Shown in pieces: positions 1-13,810 of a stretch of 64,000 bases of DNA. The stretch lies in contig OZ024740.1 in the NCBI GenBank assembly GCA_964016885.1, positions 352,842,001-352,906,000 of the forward strand, in the 5' to 3' direction. The DNA is from Eledone cirrhosa (Eukaryota). Made by a program: the position numbers and the translations under genes. Within the stretch, counting starts at the first letter, position 1, and each line of letters opens with the position of its first letter. Under the pieces are notes generated by a model, which worked only from the letters and a program-made list of their open reading frames with translations, made no database searches and was not told where the DNA came from.

Positions 1-2550
1 CACCCAGGTAACGGAAGGTGTCCACTATTTATATAGAACCATCTGTGCAATGGAATGAGCTAGTATTCTGTGGGCACTTGCTGCTACTTATTGCACCAGA
101 GCACCGGCCACATATAAAATCTATATTCTTAGTTAGCTTACCTGTGATCCCACTACATCTTTTATGCACCCATTCTTTGCATTTGGGACATAAAATGGAG
201 TTTCTGCCTACTCCTTTCCTACACACTGAGCATGGCCATTTCCCAGATGGGACTGGTGCCCTATTTTCCTTCCTACAAACTAGAACTTTAGTCTTAGGTT
301 AATTTTAAGGCCTTTTGATTCTAGGCCATGCTTCCATGTTTGGAATTTCTTCTCTAGTTCGGCCATTGATTCAGCTATGAGTGTTAGATCATCTGCGTAT
401 AGGAGTTCCCATGGGCAGCCGGTTTTGAACTCCTCTGTTATAGCCTGAAGGGCAATAATAAATAGGAGGGGGCTAAGGACGGAGCCCTGATGAACACCAA
501 CATTTGCGCTAAACTCTTCACTATATTCGTTGTTAATTCTAACCTTGCTGACTGTTTCTTTATACATGGCTTGTATAGCTCTCACAAGCCATTCATCAAC
601 ACCTAGTTTTCTAAGAGCCCACCAGATAATGGAGCCGGGGACTCTGTCAAAGGCTTTCTCCAAGTCAACAAAAGCTAAGTATAGGGGTTTACTTTTAGCT
701 AGGTACTTCTCCTGTAGTTGTCATACAATGAAAAGAGCGTCTGTGGTACTTTTACCTGACACAAACCCGAATTGCATTTCATCTAGATCAATTCGCTCTC
801 TGATTAGTTGCGCTATTACTTTTTCTGTGACCTTCATGACCTGGTCGATTAATTTAATGCCTCTATAGTTACCCCTATCTAGGGCATCTCCTTTACCCTT
901 GTAGCAGTTAATAATGATGCTGCTACGCCAGTCATTCGGAACGACCCCATTCTGTATGACTTGGTTTACTATCCGGGTGACTATAGTGTGTCCCACCGTT
1001 TCAGATGCTTTCAGCATTTCAGCAACTATTTCCGAAGGCCCAGCCGCCTTACCCATCTTCATATCTTTGATTGCCTTAATTATTACACTACCTTCAACTA
1101 GCACTGCTGGTCCCTCTATTGGATCGATGTGGGGGAAACTATCTTTCTCCCAATTATTCTCCTCATTTAGTAGCCTCTCGTAGTGACACTTCCAAGCTAC
1201 CTTTTTATCAGCGTCAGTGATGGCAAGTACACCATCATCATTAAGGACACACTTCTCCCCGACAATATCACGGTTTTCCTTGACACATTGCCTAGCAATC
1301 CTGAACACCTCACGTTTTTGGTCCTCGCGTTGTAGAACATGCTTGAACTTTCTTTCCTCTGCTTCCCTTCTTGCGAAGTACACTTGTCTCCTAGCTTCCC
1401 TCCTGGCCACTTGATAGTCTTCTCTACTTCCCCCATCCCGCCATACTTTCCAAGCTTGCTTTTTGGCCTTAATTGACTCCTCCACCTTACTGTTCTACCA
1501 CCACGTTACTCTCCTCCTGCCTATAGGCCTGCTCCAGCCACAGACATCATCTGCCGCCTTCAGCAGGTTAGCTTTCAGGAATTCCCACTGTTCCTCTATA
1601 TTGTACGACTCTAATTGCTCTTCCTTACGGTCAAAAGCATCAAGTAATATGCTTTTAAATTTATTACTGGCTGTGGAGTCCTTTAGCTTCCATATTTTTC
1701 TCCTGAGGATAGTCCCCCTCTGTTGTCGAGTACGTCTTGTCCTGACTATGAGGTCGCTGACTATGAGTCTATGTTGGGAGGTGCATTCTTCATGGGGGAG
1801 GGATTTAGTGTTTACAACAGACACTCTATCACGTCTTCTGGTAAGGATATAATCTATCTGTGTCATTTCCCACCCAGAAAAGCTTATAGCATCGTTTTTT
1901 ACCCACAATGAATCTAGCAGGCCCACCCCTCCACCTGGTCTCTTGGATACAGCAAACATCAACCTATTTACGTTCAAGCATTTCTACAACCTCATTAGAG
2001 CGACTTTTTAAGGTGCCTACATTCATGGTACCAACTCTGAAGTTTTGGATTGCGTTTGGTGGGTGGGAACAGTGGGGCGCGGTGAGGGGGCTGGGGTTGG
2101 GGTTATGTTGGCCATCCGCGGCCGAAATAAAGAGGAGGAGTCCTTACCTTTTCATCCTGCAGCATGAGGTGAATTTGTCTTTATTTTTGGCATTGTCACT
2201 GAATGTCCAGATTTTTCAGACTCTCCAGAATTCCTTAGTCCATCCATCATATCGAAAGGTAACCGGAAGAAGTGATAGCATAGGCCGCTGACTTATGATT
2301 GGTCGAAATAATAATGGTTGCGAGTGGGAGAGGTATGGGGTAGTTAGCGAGAAGGTTTAAATAAAATCCTCGAATTTTGGGCATAATTGGACAAGCATAT
2401 AACAGTAATAAGCGAATAATGGGATTTTAAAATACAAGAAGATTATTTAGAACAACCAGACAGAATTATAGAATAGCATTGAAAAAGAGCAAGGATTGGA
2501 TTCTGGGCGATGATACGGATATATGGATGGACCGGGAAGATGGAGAGACA
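1..2550 (-). mobile_element. RTE-clade non-LTR retrotransposon, degraded (AP endonuclease N-terminus, RT, PHD-like finger); runs off the window's left edge
   Basis: Minus-strand ORF pieces 1495-1977, 721-1485, 280-663 and 29-226 closely match the 36938-39935 copy ([26 protein letters not shown]). It has stops, frameshifts and an internal deletion at about 1862. The 5' boundary is approximate. Confidence 0.92.
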
Positions 2551-2929
2551 AGAAAAAAAATTTTGAATTCAATTTCTTTTACACTCAACTTTGTTTTTCA
2601 TCCTTCCAGTACCAGTTAAGTACTGGAGGGGGATAAAATCAACTGCATTCTCCCTACAAATTTGTGGCTTTGTACCTAAGCAAAAAAAAACTTTTTTAAA
2701 AACAAAATTTAATCCTTTTATTACTGTATATCTAATGAAATACACTGCCTGTGTAAATTATTATTTAAAGCATTTACTTAAAAATTTCTAAAATAAAATT
2801 ATGATGATAAACATTTTAAAATGAGCAGTTTTGTATTGTAAATCCAGCATGGTTTCAAGTAGTTTATTATCTAAAGGGTTAAAGGTAGTGAGTGAATGGC
2901 AGAATTGGTAAAATACCAGAGAAAATAAA

Positions 2930-3340
2930 TCCCTTGCATACACTATCTCCCCTCCCATTCACCTGCCTTGCTATAACCATCTCTCCCTTATTACCTACGT
3001 CCTCAATTTCCTCAAGCTTCTTCCCCACCCTCCCAAATTCCCATCCCACACCATGAAGTAGTTCCTCTGGAGCCACGACAAAAGTGCCCAGCCCTCACTG
3101 TATAATGGTTATGTATGTGTCAAGACAAAAGTGCCCACTCCACACTGTAAAATGGTTGTGTAGGAGTCATGACCGAACCGCCCAGTCCGCACTATAAAGT
3201 GGTCGTGCTAGTGACATGAGAAGAAGGGCCCAGTCCATGCTGTAAAGTGGTTGTGTAGGTGTTTCGAGAAAAAGCACCCACCGCACACTGTAAATGTGGT
3301 TGGCATTAGGAAGGGCATCCAGCTGTAGAAACCAAGCTGT
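2930..3340 (+). mobile_element. RTE 3'-UTR remnant with degenerate ~50-bp internal repeats
   Basis: Repeated GACAAAAGTGCCCA..CACTGTAAA.TGGTTGTG units end in GGTTGGCATTAGGAAGGGCATCCAGCTGTAGAAACC, the same 3'-UTR motif as the intact RTE copies. Confidence 0.7.
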
Positions 3341-4689
3341 ATTTGAATTAATTAATGAAGAATTTGAAATAATTAATTAAAATTATTTATTATTTCGTTA
3401 TTATGGTGGTATTTGTAACCATAAAACAAAAGGTTATTATATCAAGTTATGTTGGAATAGTTTAATTTAAATAGGAACCCTTTAAAATGAGTGGTTTAGT
3501 TCCATAGAAGCAGAATCAGTTTTAAGTGGGTTGGTATTAAAATTTAGGAGTTATGAATTGACAGATTTTGTTGTTGTTTTGTTATTGTTTACTGTTTAAT
3601 CAGAGAGGGCAGAGCAGTACCTATGTATGACCCTTTTAAATTTTCTGCAGATTATGCAACCATCTAGAAGGTCCCTTGATTTTGGCTTGAAATAGGTGTA
3701 TCAAATTGAGAGCACTGATGTTAAACAGTATTATATTTGGTTAAATTTAAATGACTGAAAATTTAGGAAACCCTGATGCAGTAAGCATCTTTATTTGAAG
3801 AATATTTTGTGTGAAGCTTAAGTGTTGAATGTTTTAACCATATTGTCATAAAAGTCCAGTCAAACATTACTACAATCTCTGCTTTGAATCTCCGGACCAA
3901 GGGACATAACTCTATTTTACATCACTGCCAAAATTGTAAAAATTGCTTTCATTCTTTCTATATGGTTGAATACTTTGTAAAAGTATTTGCTCTTTACAAT
4001 CCAATGAAGGATATAGTTGCTTGACCCCCCCCCCCCCCAAAAAAAAACCCTGCTACACTCTAACCATCAGTATTGTGTGCTCATTCAATTAATGTTTTGA
4101 AAGATTTTAAGCACATATTCATTTTTTCACATCTATTTTCCATACTTGCTTGGGTTAGACATACTTGTAATGAGGCCAGACTAGTTAGGTCAGTAGGTCA
4201 TAATCGGATGCTTAGTTTTGGCTTGGTTTCTATGACTGCATTCCCTTTCTAACTCCATCCATTTTATAGTGTGAGATGGAAGCATGGTTTCTACGCCTGG
4301 ATGCACTTCTTAACACCAACCACTTTACATCGTGTACTGGGACGATTTTATCATGACTCCAGCACTACCACCTTACTGGGTGGACTGAGTCCTTTGTAAT
4401 GACACCAACACTACATATGTGTCTGTATGTAATGTATATATGACACAAAATTTTAAATAATTGTATATGAAAGTAATATAATTTCAATTGTATAATTTTT
4501 ACATATATAGTTTGAAATAAAGTAGGTTTATATAATGCCTTTCTTTCTGTATACTGTTGTAAATCTGGGCACTTATATGCTCCTAGTCTACACAAAAAAA
4601 AAAAAGAAAGCACTCCCTCACCCAAATAAAACAAAAACTCACCTTAATCTCTTAATTATTATTTCTTTTATTTAAAAGGAATCATTGTT

Positions 4690-6840
4690 GGTGTCAGTGG
4701 CTTTGTTTCAGTTGGACATATTTCCATTCTTCTTCTTCTTCTCCTCCTTCTCCTAACACAAAGACTATACCTTGGTGGCAAAACTCCCATGATGTTTGAA
4801 AGACCTGCTGCAGTGTGAACATTTGGTCAGCTGTATTGCATCCTGGGCAAAATCCACACTGTTCGTCAGCTAGCTTGAATGCGACAATATGCATACATCT
4901 CTTTGCCAGACACTTAGCATAGACTTTATCAGGGAGGCTTAACAAGGAGGTCCCTTGATAGTTAGAGCAATCTCTCAAGTCTCTCTTTTTGAAAATTGGG
5001 ATTATCACCTCTGATTGCTACTGCTTAAGTGCCTTTTCAGAGATCCAGGCCACCCAACACAAATCAGTCAGCTAGAGAATACTTTCTTTATGTATGGCTT
5101 TTAACATCTTCAGTGAATTTCATCCTCCCCAGTGGCCTTGCCACATTTGAGCTCATTAATTGCTCTTGTGACCTCAGCTTCCAAGAGGTTAGTCATCCTT
5201 CCAAGATATACCCCGTGTACATCAGTATGCTGTTGTGACCAAATTTAGGAGATCAGCAAAGTATTCTCCACCTTGCGAGGATGCACCTTTCTGAAGAGAG
5301 AGGAACCCCAGACGCATTCCTGATCGCAGGTTGGAGGAGGTCTGCCAGAACACTTTATTTGCTGACCTGAAGTCGGATTCCATATTTTAACTTTGAATGC
5401 CTTTACTATCTCTGCTGTGACTTTTCGTACCTGTTTATACTGTTTTGTGCAAGAATGACTTATTTTCAAGACTACTTTTTTTTGCTCGGATTACATCTTT
5501 GATCACTTAATTGAACCAAGGAGTCCTCTTGCTATCCAGTGCTACACCAATCCACTTTCACTTGCAGTATTTAACATCTGAAGCAGAAACTGTAGAGTTA
5601 AACAGTATCCACTCTGTTGCAATGTTTGCTCGGAGTTCTCTGAATTTGGATACAATAGTATTTTCATACCTGCTCTTGATTTCCTTATCCATCAACTCTT
5701 CCCACTTTATCTTGTAGGTCAACCTGAACCTGCCAGTTTTGTAGGCTTCCTTGCTTTTAGGTAGTCTCAAGTTGCAGATAACTGGATGGTGTTCAATTGA
5801 CACCTTAGCCCCTCCCTTGATGAAAACATCCAGCACAGAATTGAAGATATCAGAGACAATAACAAAATTAATTATTGATCTCTGCATTTATGGATGTCTT
5901 TGTGCTGGAAGAAGGTGTTCATAATAGAGAGCGCATTACTAGAACAGAAGTCTAATAAGCCCTCTCCATTCGTATTTAGATCGGGATCACCATTCCTTTC
6001 AATCATTTCTTTCCATGTCAGGCAGTCAGTGCCAACATGTACACTGAAGTCTCCCATTAGAATATATGACTCAGTTTTAACTACATCTAATGCTATAGTG
6101 ACTTTGTCAAAGAAGGATCTGTATTTGAGATCTCTGTTTGGCGTTTAAACGTGCACGACCTACAGCGACATTTGTTTCAGTGTAAGCTTCAAGATGCAAA
6201 TCCTCTCTGCTTATGGGATCCAGTTCATAACACATTCTGACAGTTGGGGGCTTGTGAGTATCCCCACTCCTGCCTGCACTGTCTTTGCTGGTGCCACACC
6301 TGAATAGTGGAGTTTCCATCCAAATCTACAGTACCAGAGCCATGGAACTTTGTTGAGGAGATCCTGACTATAATTAGCTGGTAGCATTTTCACTAGTTCC
6401 TGCTCCTCACCTGTAAAGGTGGTAACATTCCAGTTATCAACTGTCAAAGTTTGCTCCCTTCTGAAGCCTCTCAGGGGTTTTGGGATTTGTAACCTTCGTG
6501 CATCCATCGCCTCCCAGGGCATGTTGCAGGCTCATCACCAGTCCTTGCAGCATTGGGTAGCGACGGCAATATATTTTTCAAACAGGCTCCTCTACCTAAA
6601 TCCTGAATGTGTCCCTTGTTATCCCATGCGAAGGACAATGTGGTATAGATGTCTTTACCATTTCAGCCATATTGTCACCCATTTGGTACTTTTCTCAGAC
6701 CTGTGAAGATTAGGCTCTTTTAGAGGTCGCCTTTACTCGCCTCTTTATAGCTACATCACCGGGTTGCTTATTCTTATATCACATCTAAGCATCATATCTG
6801 GTGGCTGTATCATTATTCGCCACCTGCAACCTGTACTCTA
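4690..6840 (-). mobile_element. Older, degraded RTE-type LINE of a different family (endonuclease and RT N-terminus)
   Basis: ORF fragments WNVTT..., MGDFSVHVG...NGEGLLDFC...IMNTFFQHK, IIPIFKKRD..DCSNYQGTSLLS...EQCGF. Many frameshifts. Confidence 0.8.
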
Positions 6841-7047
6841 GTAGAACAACTCTACTGAGAATTATTTTATATGGCGTTATGAAGGGCATCCAGCTGTAGA
6901 AACCAAGCCAAAATCAGTTGTGTGTGAGCGAATCATGGTCCCCCGACCTGATCTCTTACAAAGGGATAGCCCATCCTACCCATGCTAGCATGGAGGATGG
7001 ATATTAAACGATCATGATGATGATAATATTAATATTTTGTTTTTCAG

Positions 7048-7092
7048 GGTTGGATTGATAATTTCAATGGACCAAGTGGCCTCTATCTCGCT
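7048..7092 (+). CDS. FAR1: Fatty acyl-CoA reductase exon (GWIDNFNGPSGLYLA); upstream exons not found in this window
   Basis: ttttcAG acceptor, GTAAGT donor, 45 bp in phase 0. The peptide matches the conserved FAR GWIDNxNGPxG motif. Confidence 0.9.
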
Positions 7093-7467
7093 GTAAGTAA
7101 TTTTTCAGTCCTAAAAATATGTGGAAAAGACACTTGTTCAAGAAACCATATAGTGTTATTGAACCTGGTACCATGAAATTGTGAAGCAAATATCTTAACA
7201 ACCCAGCTATGCCTGCAATTAAATCATATTCTTTAAATAAAGCAATTGAATTATAGTCTATGAGCTGCTAAAATATAGTTTTTAAATTCATTTTTCCATG
7301 CTAGCATGGGTTGAATGAGACTTTATGTGGCATTTTTTCGATTGCTGGAGGCCTTTGCTGATGCTAACTTATACTTTATTTCAAGTATGTTATGTATTGC
7401 TGACATTAATTGAACTGCATGTACACTTGCTCTGTTGACTTACTTTCTTATTTTCATGTTTGTACAG

Positions 7468-7654
7468 GCTGGAAAAGGAATCCTTCGCTCAGTAAAATGT
7501 GAATTCAAGGCTGTTGCAGATATAGTCCCTGTTGACATTCCAGTGAACTTGATGATAACAGTGGGATGGTATACAGCACTTGTCAAACCATCTTCCATCT
7601 TAATCTATCACTGTACTACTGGTTCTGTGAATCCATTCACCTGGGGAGAAATGG
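7468..7654 (+). CDS. FAR1: FAR exon (AGKGILRSVKC...DIVPVDIPVNLMITVGW...YHCTTGSVNPFTWGEM)
   Basis: tacAG acceptor and GTAAGT donor, 187 bp. Encodes the end of the FAR NAD-binding domain (DxVPVD motif). Confidence 0.93.
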
Positions 7655-7980
7655 GTAAGTACAAAGATACACATGGACTCACATCTTTGGCTTATTTCTT
7701 TAAGTTAGTACCAGTGGAGAAATGATTATCTGGTACTGAATTTTGTTTCAGCACTTTTGATACCAGACTGCCTGAAACTACCTTTGATTCTATGATATCT
7801 GTTTATTTTGCAGAGTTTATATTTATTTAAAAACTTTGTCATAATTTTGTTGTTACAAGTAGCAGATAAAATTATAGACAGTATCTTTCATTAGATATAT
7901 GGTAACAAAGGGTTAATACACACCACCTGATATGAGAAATAAGAAAGCTTTGGCCTTATACTGAATCAAATGATGTCATT

Positions 7981-8018
<38 letters not shown>

Positions 8019-8089
8019 TATTAAATTGGCAGTATCAGTAGAGAACCCATGCTAGCATGGAAAATGGACGTTAAATGAAGATGATGATG

Positions 8090-8412
8090 TCAGACACCAT
8101 GTTTTGTAGCATGGAGTTATGGCCCTTTGTGTTCTGAGTTCAAATTCCCCTGGGGTTAACTTTGCCTTTCATCCTTACAGGGTTGATAAAATAAAGCACC
8201 AGTTATGCACTGGGGTAATTGCTGTCCTTGTACCAAAAGTAGAAACAATTACTAAGTTTCATCGTGCTGGATTGGCAGAGTCGTTAACACATTGGACAAA
8301 GTGCTTCACAGCATTTAGTTATGGCTCTTTATGTTCTGTGTTCAAATTCTGCCGAGGTTAACTTTACCTTTCAGTCCTTTGGGGTCGATAAAGTAAAGTA
8401 CCAGTCAAGTAC
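8090..8412 (+). mobile_element. Two adjacent copies of a tRNA-derived SINE
   Basis: Both carry B-box-like GTTCAAAT followed by GGTTAACTTT(G/A)CCTTTCA..CC...GGGT(T/C)GATAAA.TAAAG.ACCAG. Same family as 47937-48110 and 60203-60362. Confidence 0.7.
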
Positions 8413-8937
8413 TTAATCCTTTAGCATTTACATTATTCTATATTTACTATTATATTTTCATAGTAAAGGCATTATCTTACATAATTATCTCACATAATAT
8501 TGAATCTGAGATTTTGATGTTATTTATTTTGAGAACAATACCTTAATGTAGGTATGAGTGGCTAGTTACAGCTGGTTTGAACAGAAAGAGTTGAGTTCTG
8601 GCTGGATATGGCTGGTTTAAATGCTAAAGGGTTAAACTGGCTTTGCTCTCTTCCAAATTGCTGACCTTGTGCTTAAATTAGAAAACATTATTATCTAAGT
8701 TTGATTTGCAGTGGAGCAACAAGAATGAAATAAAACAATAACTACAGCAACTATAATGAAAAGATCAAGCTTTGGTGGGACATTGAAGAATTTAAATTAG
8801 ACTAAAATCTTTAACAAAATCTACCATGACAAGATTGTTAATTTTGAATGCCTGTGACAAATTGCTGTGATTTGTATTATGGTGGCTATTTTGAACGTTA
8901 CAGATTTTATTTTCCTTATACCCTTTTTTTTTTGTAG

Positions 8938-9019
8938 AAAGCATTGTATTGAACTTTTTCAAGAAAACTCCATTAGAAGCAGCCTTTCGAAGACCCAATG
9001 TTACCATGACAAATAACAG
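8938..9019 (+). CDS. FAR1: FAR exon (ESIVLNFFKKTPLEAAFRRPNVTMTNN)
   Basis: Polypyrimidine tract plus TAG acceptor, GT donor. Phase fits both neighbours. PLExAFRRPN matches FAR1. Confidence 0.88.
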
Positions 9020-9249
9020 GTTGATATTATTTTCTGACTTTGATTATTTTTCATCTTTTAAGTATCATGTTGATGTTTAGCCCAGGCCAATCCTGATCAG
9101 GCAGGCATATGATGAAAAGTGTTCTAATTATGATTATCCTGTAATTTTGTACATCTAGTACTACATTGATCAATATATCTTTACATAAGATGGTATGGAA
9201 GATTAAAATTAAGGGGAATTAACACTATTAACGCTATTAACATTTTAAT

Positions 9250-9995
9250 CACTTTCAAATCTTATAAAATCTATTGTTACCCTTGCATTCCTCAGGGTCA
9301 TTGCTGTTTTCAGATTCACTTATGTCGCTATCATTATACAAAAAATCATCTTTGGTACCATCTAGGGTGTTGCTGGTGCCACATTTTTTTAAAGCTTTTA
9401 TAACTGTCTCGGTTTTTACAGCATCTTATGCATTTTTCACCCACTGGGTTACCTGGGAAAATGTAGGCCTCTTCATACGTCCTGTTGGTGTCAGTTCATG
9501 TTGTGGGTCCTTCATCCAATTATCCCATTCCTCTTTCATATGTGCCTTAAAAGGCTTTAGTGAAACATCAAGTGGTTGTAATTGAGAAGTCAGTCCACCA
9601 GGTATGACAGCTATTTCAGTGTTTAATTTCTTTACCCTCCTTCCTGTATTCTCAGTCATACGTGCATGAAATTGGTCCCAAACAAGGAATGATGGTCATT
9701 TGAGTAAAGCAGCATGACACCATGACCATATTTTATCTTACCATAAGTTAATGCCATTTTCTTTCATCCACCCTATAGAGTGGACATGGAAAAATGTCTT
9801 TTGGAAATCTTTTTCTTTTAAATATTAGAAGTGGCAGCAGTTTCATGCCATCTGCGTAACGAGTCAATACTACAGTGTAGTGTCTTTTTTCGTGACCAGT
9901 CATTTTAACAGTTACTATTTTGGTACTTTTAACATCCACAGTCTTGTTCGAAGGAACATCAAATGTCAGTAGCACCTTGTCCATATTCACAATCT
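9250..9995 (-). mobile_element. pogo/Tigger-type DDE transposase remnant in a FAR intron
   Basis: Fragments NMD..LTFDVPSNKTV...GHEK..TVVL...ADG.KLLPLLIFK and IPGGLTSQLQPLDVS.KPFK...LTPTGRMKRP are typical of pogo DDE transposases. Confidence 0.85.
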
Positions 9996-10982
9996 AGGTT
10001 AACTCTGTCTCTATTTTTGTTGTTTTTGTTATTTTTATTGGAGACGTAGTAGCAGGAAACAAAAAACTAGCTACACACACACACAGATGCACATAAGTTC
10101 CTGAACTTTTGAATTTTTGGGGTTGCCAGAAAGACAATACCTTCAATGGTCAACTTTCCTTGAGTATTGAACAAATGAAAAACAGGCATGAATTGCTACT
10201 GTCCATATTCACTAAAACACTCTCGTTTTTTTAGTGCTAAATTAACACCAAATTCGGTGCCTACTCATGTGATCATCCTTAGACTATCAAATTATACTTT
10301 AAACTTGAGCCACCTTTTCAGCATAAAACTGAAAGAACCATGACATTCCTGATTTTTGGCACAAAATTACTAAAAATTTTGATGTCTAATCACGTGATCT
10401 TCCTCAACCTATCAAATTGTACTTCAAACATATAGCAATCTGAGCCACATTTTTGCATAAGGCTGAAAAAAATTCCCAATATCAGTTAGATGTGAATTAC
10501 AAGTCAGCATAGCCACAAATCTCTTCATCTTTCTTAACTTTTGAAAATCATGAAACTTGCGAAAACGGTAAAGTTATAAATTGTTGTAAATAAACCTTCT
10601 TAAAGACTCCAATTGCATTTTCAACCTCTTTTTTCCATATTTTTACTCGTGTGTGATAAATAAAAAAAAACCTTACTTTCAAATATATATATGTATATAT
10701 ATATATATGTATGGATATAATTAAAGTGGAATAATCCACTATTATTTTATGATCAATGCATTGTTAAATTCGACAGCATGCAGGAATCCAAGTCAAATCA
10801 AAGGTGTACTCCAGTGGGTTAGGACACAATTGCAGTTCCAGTACATGTACTGGCATGACAGTTATCTCCATATCTCTATAGAAACAATTGTTGAAATTAA
10901 AGATGGAATTTGAATGACAACTTTGGTTTTTGTTTTATATTAAGTATATATATATATATATAATTTTTCTTTTTAATAACAG

Positions 10983-11072
10983 TTTTCTACATGACTATTG
11001 GGTATTTGTCAGTCACATGATCCCTGCCTATCTTACAGATCTAGGATATAGCCTTTTGGGTAAGAAACCAAG
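10983..11072 (+). CDS. FAR1: FAR exon (FLHDYWVFVSHMIPAYLTDLGYSLLGKKPR)
   Basis: aacAG acceptor, GTATGT donor, 90 bp, phase 2 at both ends. HxxPA motif of the FAR C-terminal domain. Confidence 0.9.
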
Positions 11073-12036
11073 GTATGTATAGATAATTTGAAATCAATGA
11101 CATTTGAGGAGTGTGGTGGTGGTGTTGGTGATGGTAGTAGTCGTCTGTTTTCTTAAAAGTCAGTACATTAAAATCAAAATGTTTGGTTACCATTAAATGA
11201 GGCAATATTTAATGTTTAGAGTAGAAACCCTTTATACTCTGATGAATAGCTTTGCCTAAAGTACTTCATATTCTATCTACTCATTTTAATATCTACTTTT
11301 CTGTATGTATCTGGTTTAGAACAGGTACTCTGTATCTCTGTGTGTTTTAAGAAGCAACTAAGAGCATTAATGTCAGGAAGGGCATCTGACTCTAAAACAT
11401 TGCCTCAAAAGTCCTGTCCAACCCATGCCAGCATGGAAGCGTCGACATAGAAACATTGATGATGATGATTTTCCATGCTGGCAAATCTGGATTGACAAAT
11501 CTGTAGTATGGCAGTCGCCATACCACTTGTTTGTGAGGCCCAACATGCTAAGATTTCATTTCACTGCCCTTTCTCATGTTTTCCTTGGTCTGCTTCAACC
11601 ACAATCATGTTTCTCTTAAAACATTTTGCACACCAAAGAAGTGACATTTCTTAGTAGAAGGAAGAAGAGTAGAGATGTAGGAGGAGATATATACAGGGTA
11701 GATAGTGCAAACAATGGTACACAAAAGATTGAGAACCATAATTTTTTGATGTTCGTGAATAGCTAACTAACATGTGTATATGGACCTGTAACTCCTGATG
11801 CAGTTGTATGTATGTCATAGTGACATATTGTACATCTTAAGCAGTTTAAATCCGGTGGAGCCCTTCCCTCCCCAGATCTGAACACAGCCGATTTGGAAGA
11901 AAAGCAAAGTATTTATCAAACCTAACAGTTAAAACAGCAATGAGCTGAAGCCCATAAACCAAAGATTTTTATATTCTATTTACAATTTATTATGTATTTA
12001 ATTAAAAAAAATATATTTTATTTTGTTTCTCTGTAG

Positions 12037-12166
12037 AATGGTGAAGATTTATAACCGACTGCACCGGACATTGGGCATACTGACTTATTTCACCTGTCAA
12101 TCATGGGAGTGGACATACAATAACCCAGATATGTTAAAGAACCAGTTATCTTCTGAGGACCGAAAA
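12037..12166 (+). CDS. FAR1: FAR exon (MVKIYNRLHRTLGILTYFTCQSWEW...SEDRK)
   Basis: ctgtAG acceptor, GT donor, 130 bp. YFTxxxWxW motif. Confidence 0.9.
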
Positions 12167-12669
12167 GTACTTGAATACTGTTTTATCAAAGTTTTATATT
12201 TTATTTCTTGATAATATTCTGAATTTTCAAAGTTAATGAGAATAAGAAGAAATCTTTTTAGTTTGTTTTCGAAACATAGAAAGATGTTCTGAGATTTTTC
12301 TAAATAACTGGAAGCACTGAGTTCCATGCTTTCTGACCATAATGTTAGTTTAGATATTGTGCTGTATGTTTACAGGCTATACCATTAACAATATTAACCA
12401 ATGAAAATGAAACATAGCACAAAATAATCTAGGTCCATGAAAAAATTCCATTTTTAATTGCTTGTACATCACAATGCATACATTAAAGCCATAAGGTATA
12501 TACATACACAAACAATAACATACACATATATACATACATACAACGGCTGCACAACTTCTGATACACATACACAGCTCCACGGCTACTACTGATATGCATA
12601 CACACACACAGCTCCACGACTACTTCCTATATACACATACCTTGATTTTTGAATTGCTTAAATTGTGCA

Positions 12670-12797
<128 letters not shown>

Positions 12798-12856
12798 CAT
12801 GCTAGCATGGAAAATGGACGTTAAACGAAGATGATGATGATGATGATGATATATAT

Positions 12857-13057
12857 ATAGGAAAATGTTTAACCTCAACGGCAGAGCTCAAGCCGTTTCG
12901 ACGGCTATTTCTGGACTCTTCTGGAGTCCAGAAATAGCCGTCGAAACGGCTTGAGCTCTGCCGTCGGGGTTAAACATTTTCCTATTACCCACTCTACTAC
13001 CCTAAGTATTGAGTACTCTGGTGTGTTATGGTCCATCTGGTTCCTTACCACACTTCG

Positions 13058-13058
<1 letters not shown>
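12857..13058 (+). mobile_element. Short fold-back PLE pseudo-LTR-like insertion (family A) between (TA)n tracts
   Basis: Inverted arms 12857-12918 and 12924-12985, then a single-copy tail to 13058. Same family as 36256-36458 and 51362-52141. Contains the GAAACGGC..GCCGTC half of an HHR. Confidence 0.75.
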
Positions 13059-13125
<67 letters not shown>

Positions 13126-13279
13126 TGTGTATGTATATATTTATTCACACTTATCCTTCCTACCTATCTCTCCTGTAAAAAAAAAACAAAAAAAACATGT
13201 CTCATTTGGGACATGTCTCCATCCCCCTCTCCATAGACTAGGGAGGGCCCTTCAGTCAAACCATTGACTGACTACCTCC

Positions 13280-13810
13280 CAAGAGCTGGTGCCATGTTAA
13301 AACTCACCCAGTATGCTCTGTAAAGTGGTTGGTGTTAGGAAGATCTCCCAGCTATAGAAACCATACCAAAATGTGTTGACAGGACATTTCAGTTGCTGTA
13401 TAACAAACTTTCTAGTGCTGGTGCAACAATAAAGTGTAGTCAGTGTTCTCTGTAAAGTAGTATTATAAAGTTGGTATTAGGAAGAGCTTCCAACTGTAGA
13501 AACCATGCCAAAAAAGATTGAGAGGACACTTCAGCCAGTAACTGACAACTTTCCTAGTGCTGGTACCACAATAAAGCACAACCAGCACACTCTGTAAAGT
13601 AGTTGGCATTAGGAAGAGCTTGCCTCATAAGTAGGACCACACTGTAAACAATGTTTGTGTTAGGAGGGCATCTGGCAGCTGAAAAAACCCCAGCCTAATG
13701 CAGTGCTGTATTAGCAAGACTTTCTTCAAAACAGGAACATGCAGTTCGACACTGTAAATGTGGTTGCTGCTAGGAAGGACACCTAGCAGCCGTAAAAACC
13801 TAGCCAGCAC
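13280..13810 (+). repeat. Degenerate tandem copies of an RTE 3'-UTR segment
   Basis: Repeated CTGTAAAGT.GTTGG..TTAGGAAG.GC...CAGCT.TAGAAACC units. Confidence 0.6.

Noticed and set aside
2550-7040. Additional upstream FAR exons
   Set aside because: I saw no FAR-like peptide (such as YTxTK or RPSIV) with splice sites. Earlier exons probably lie before the window.
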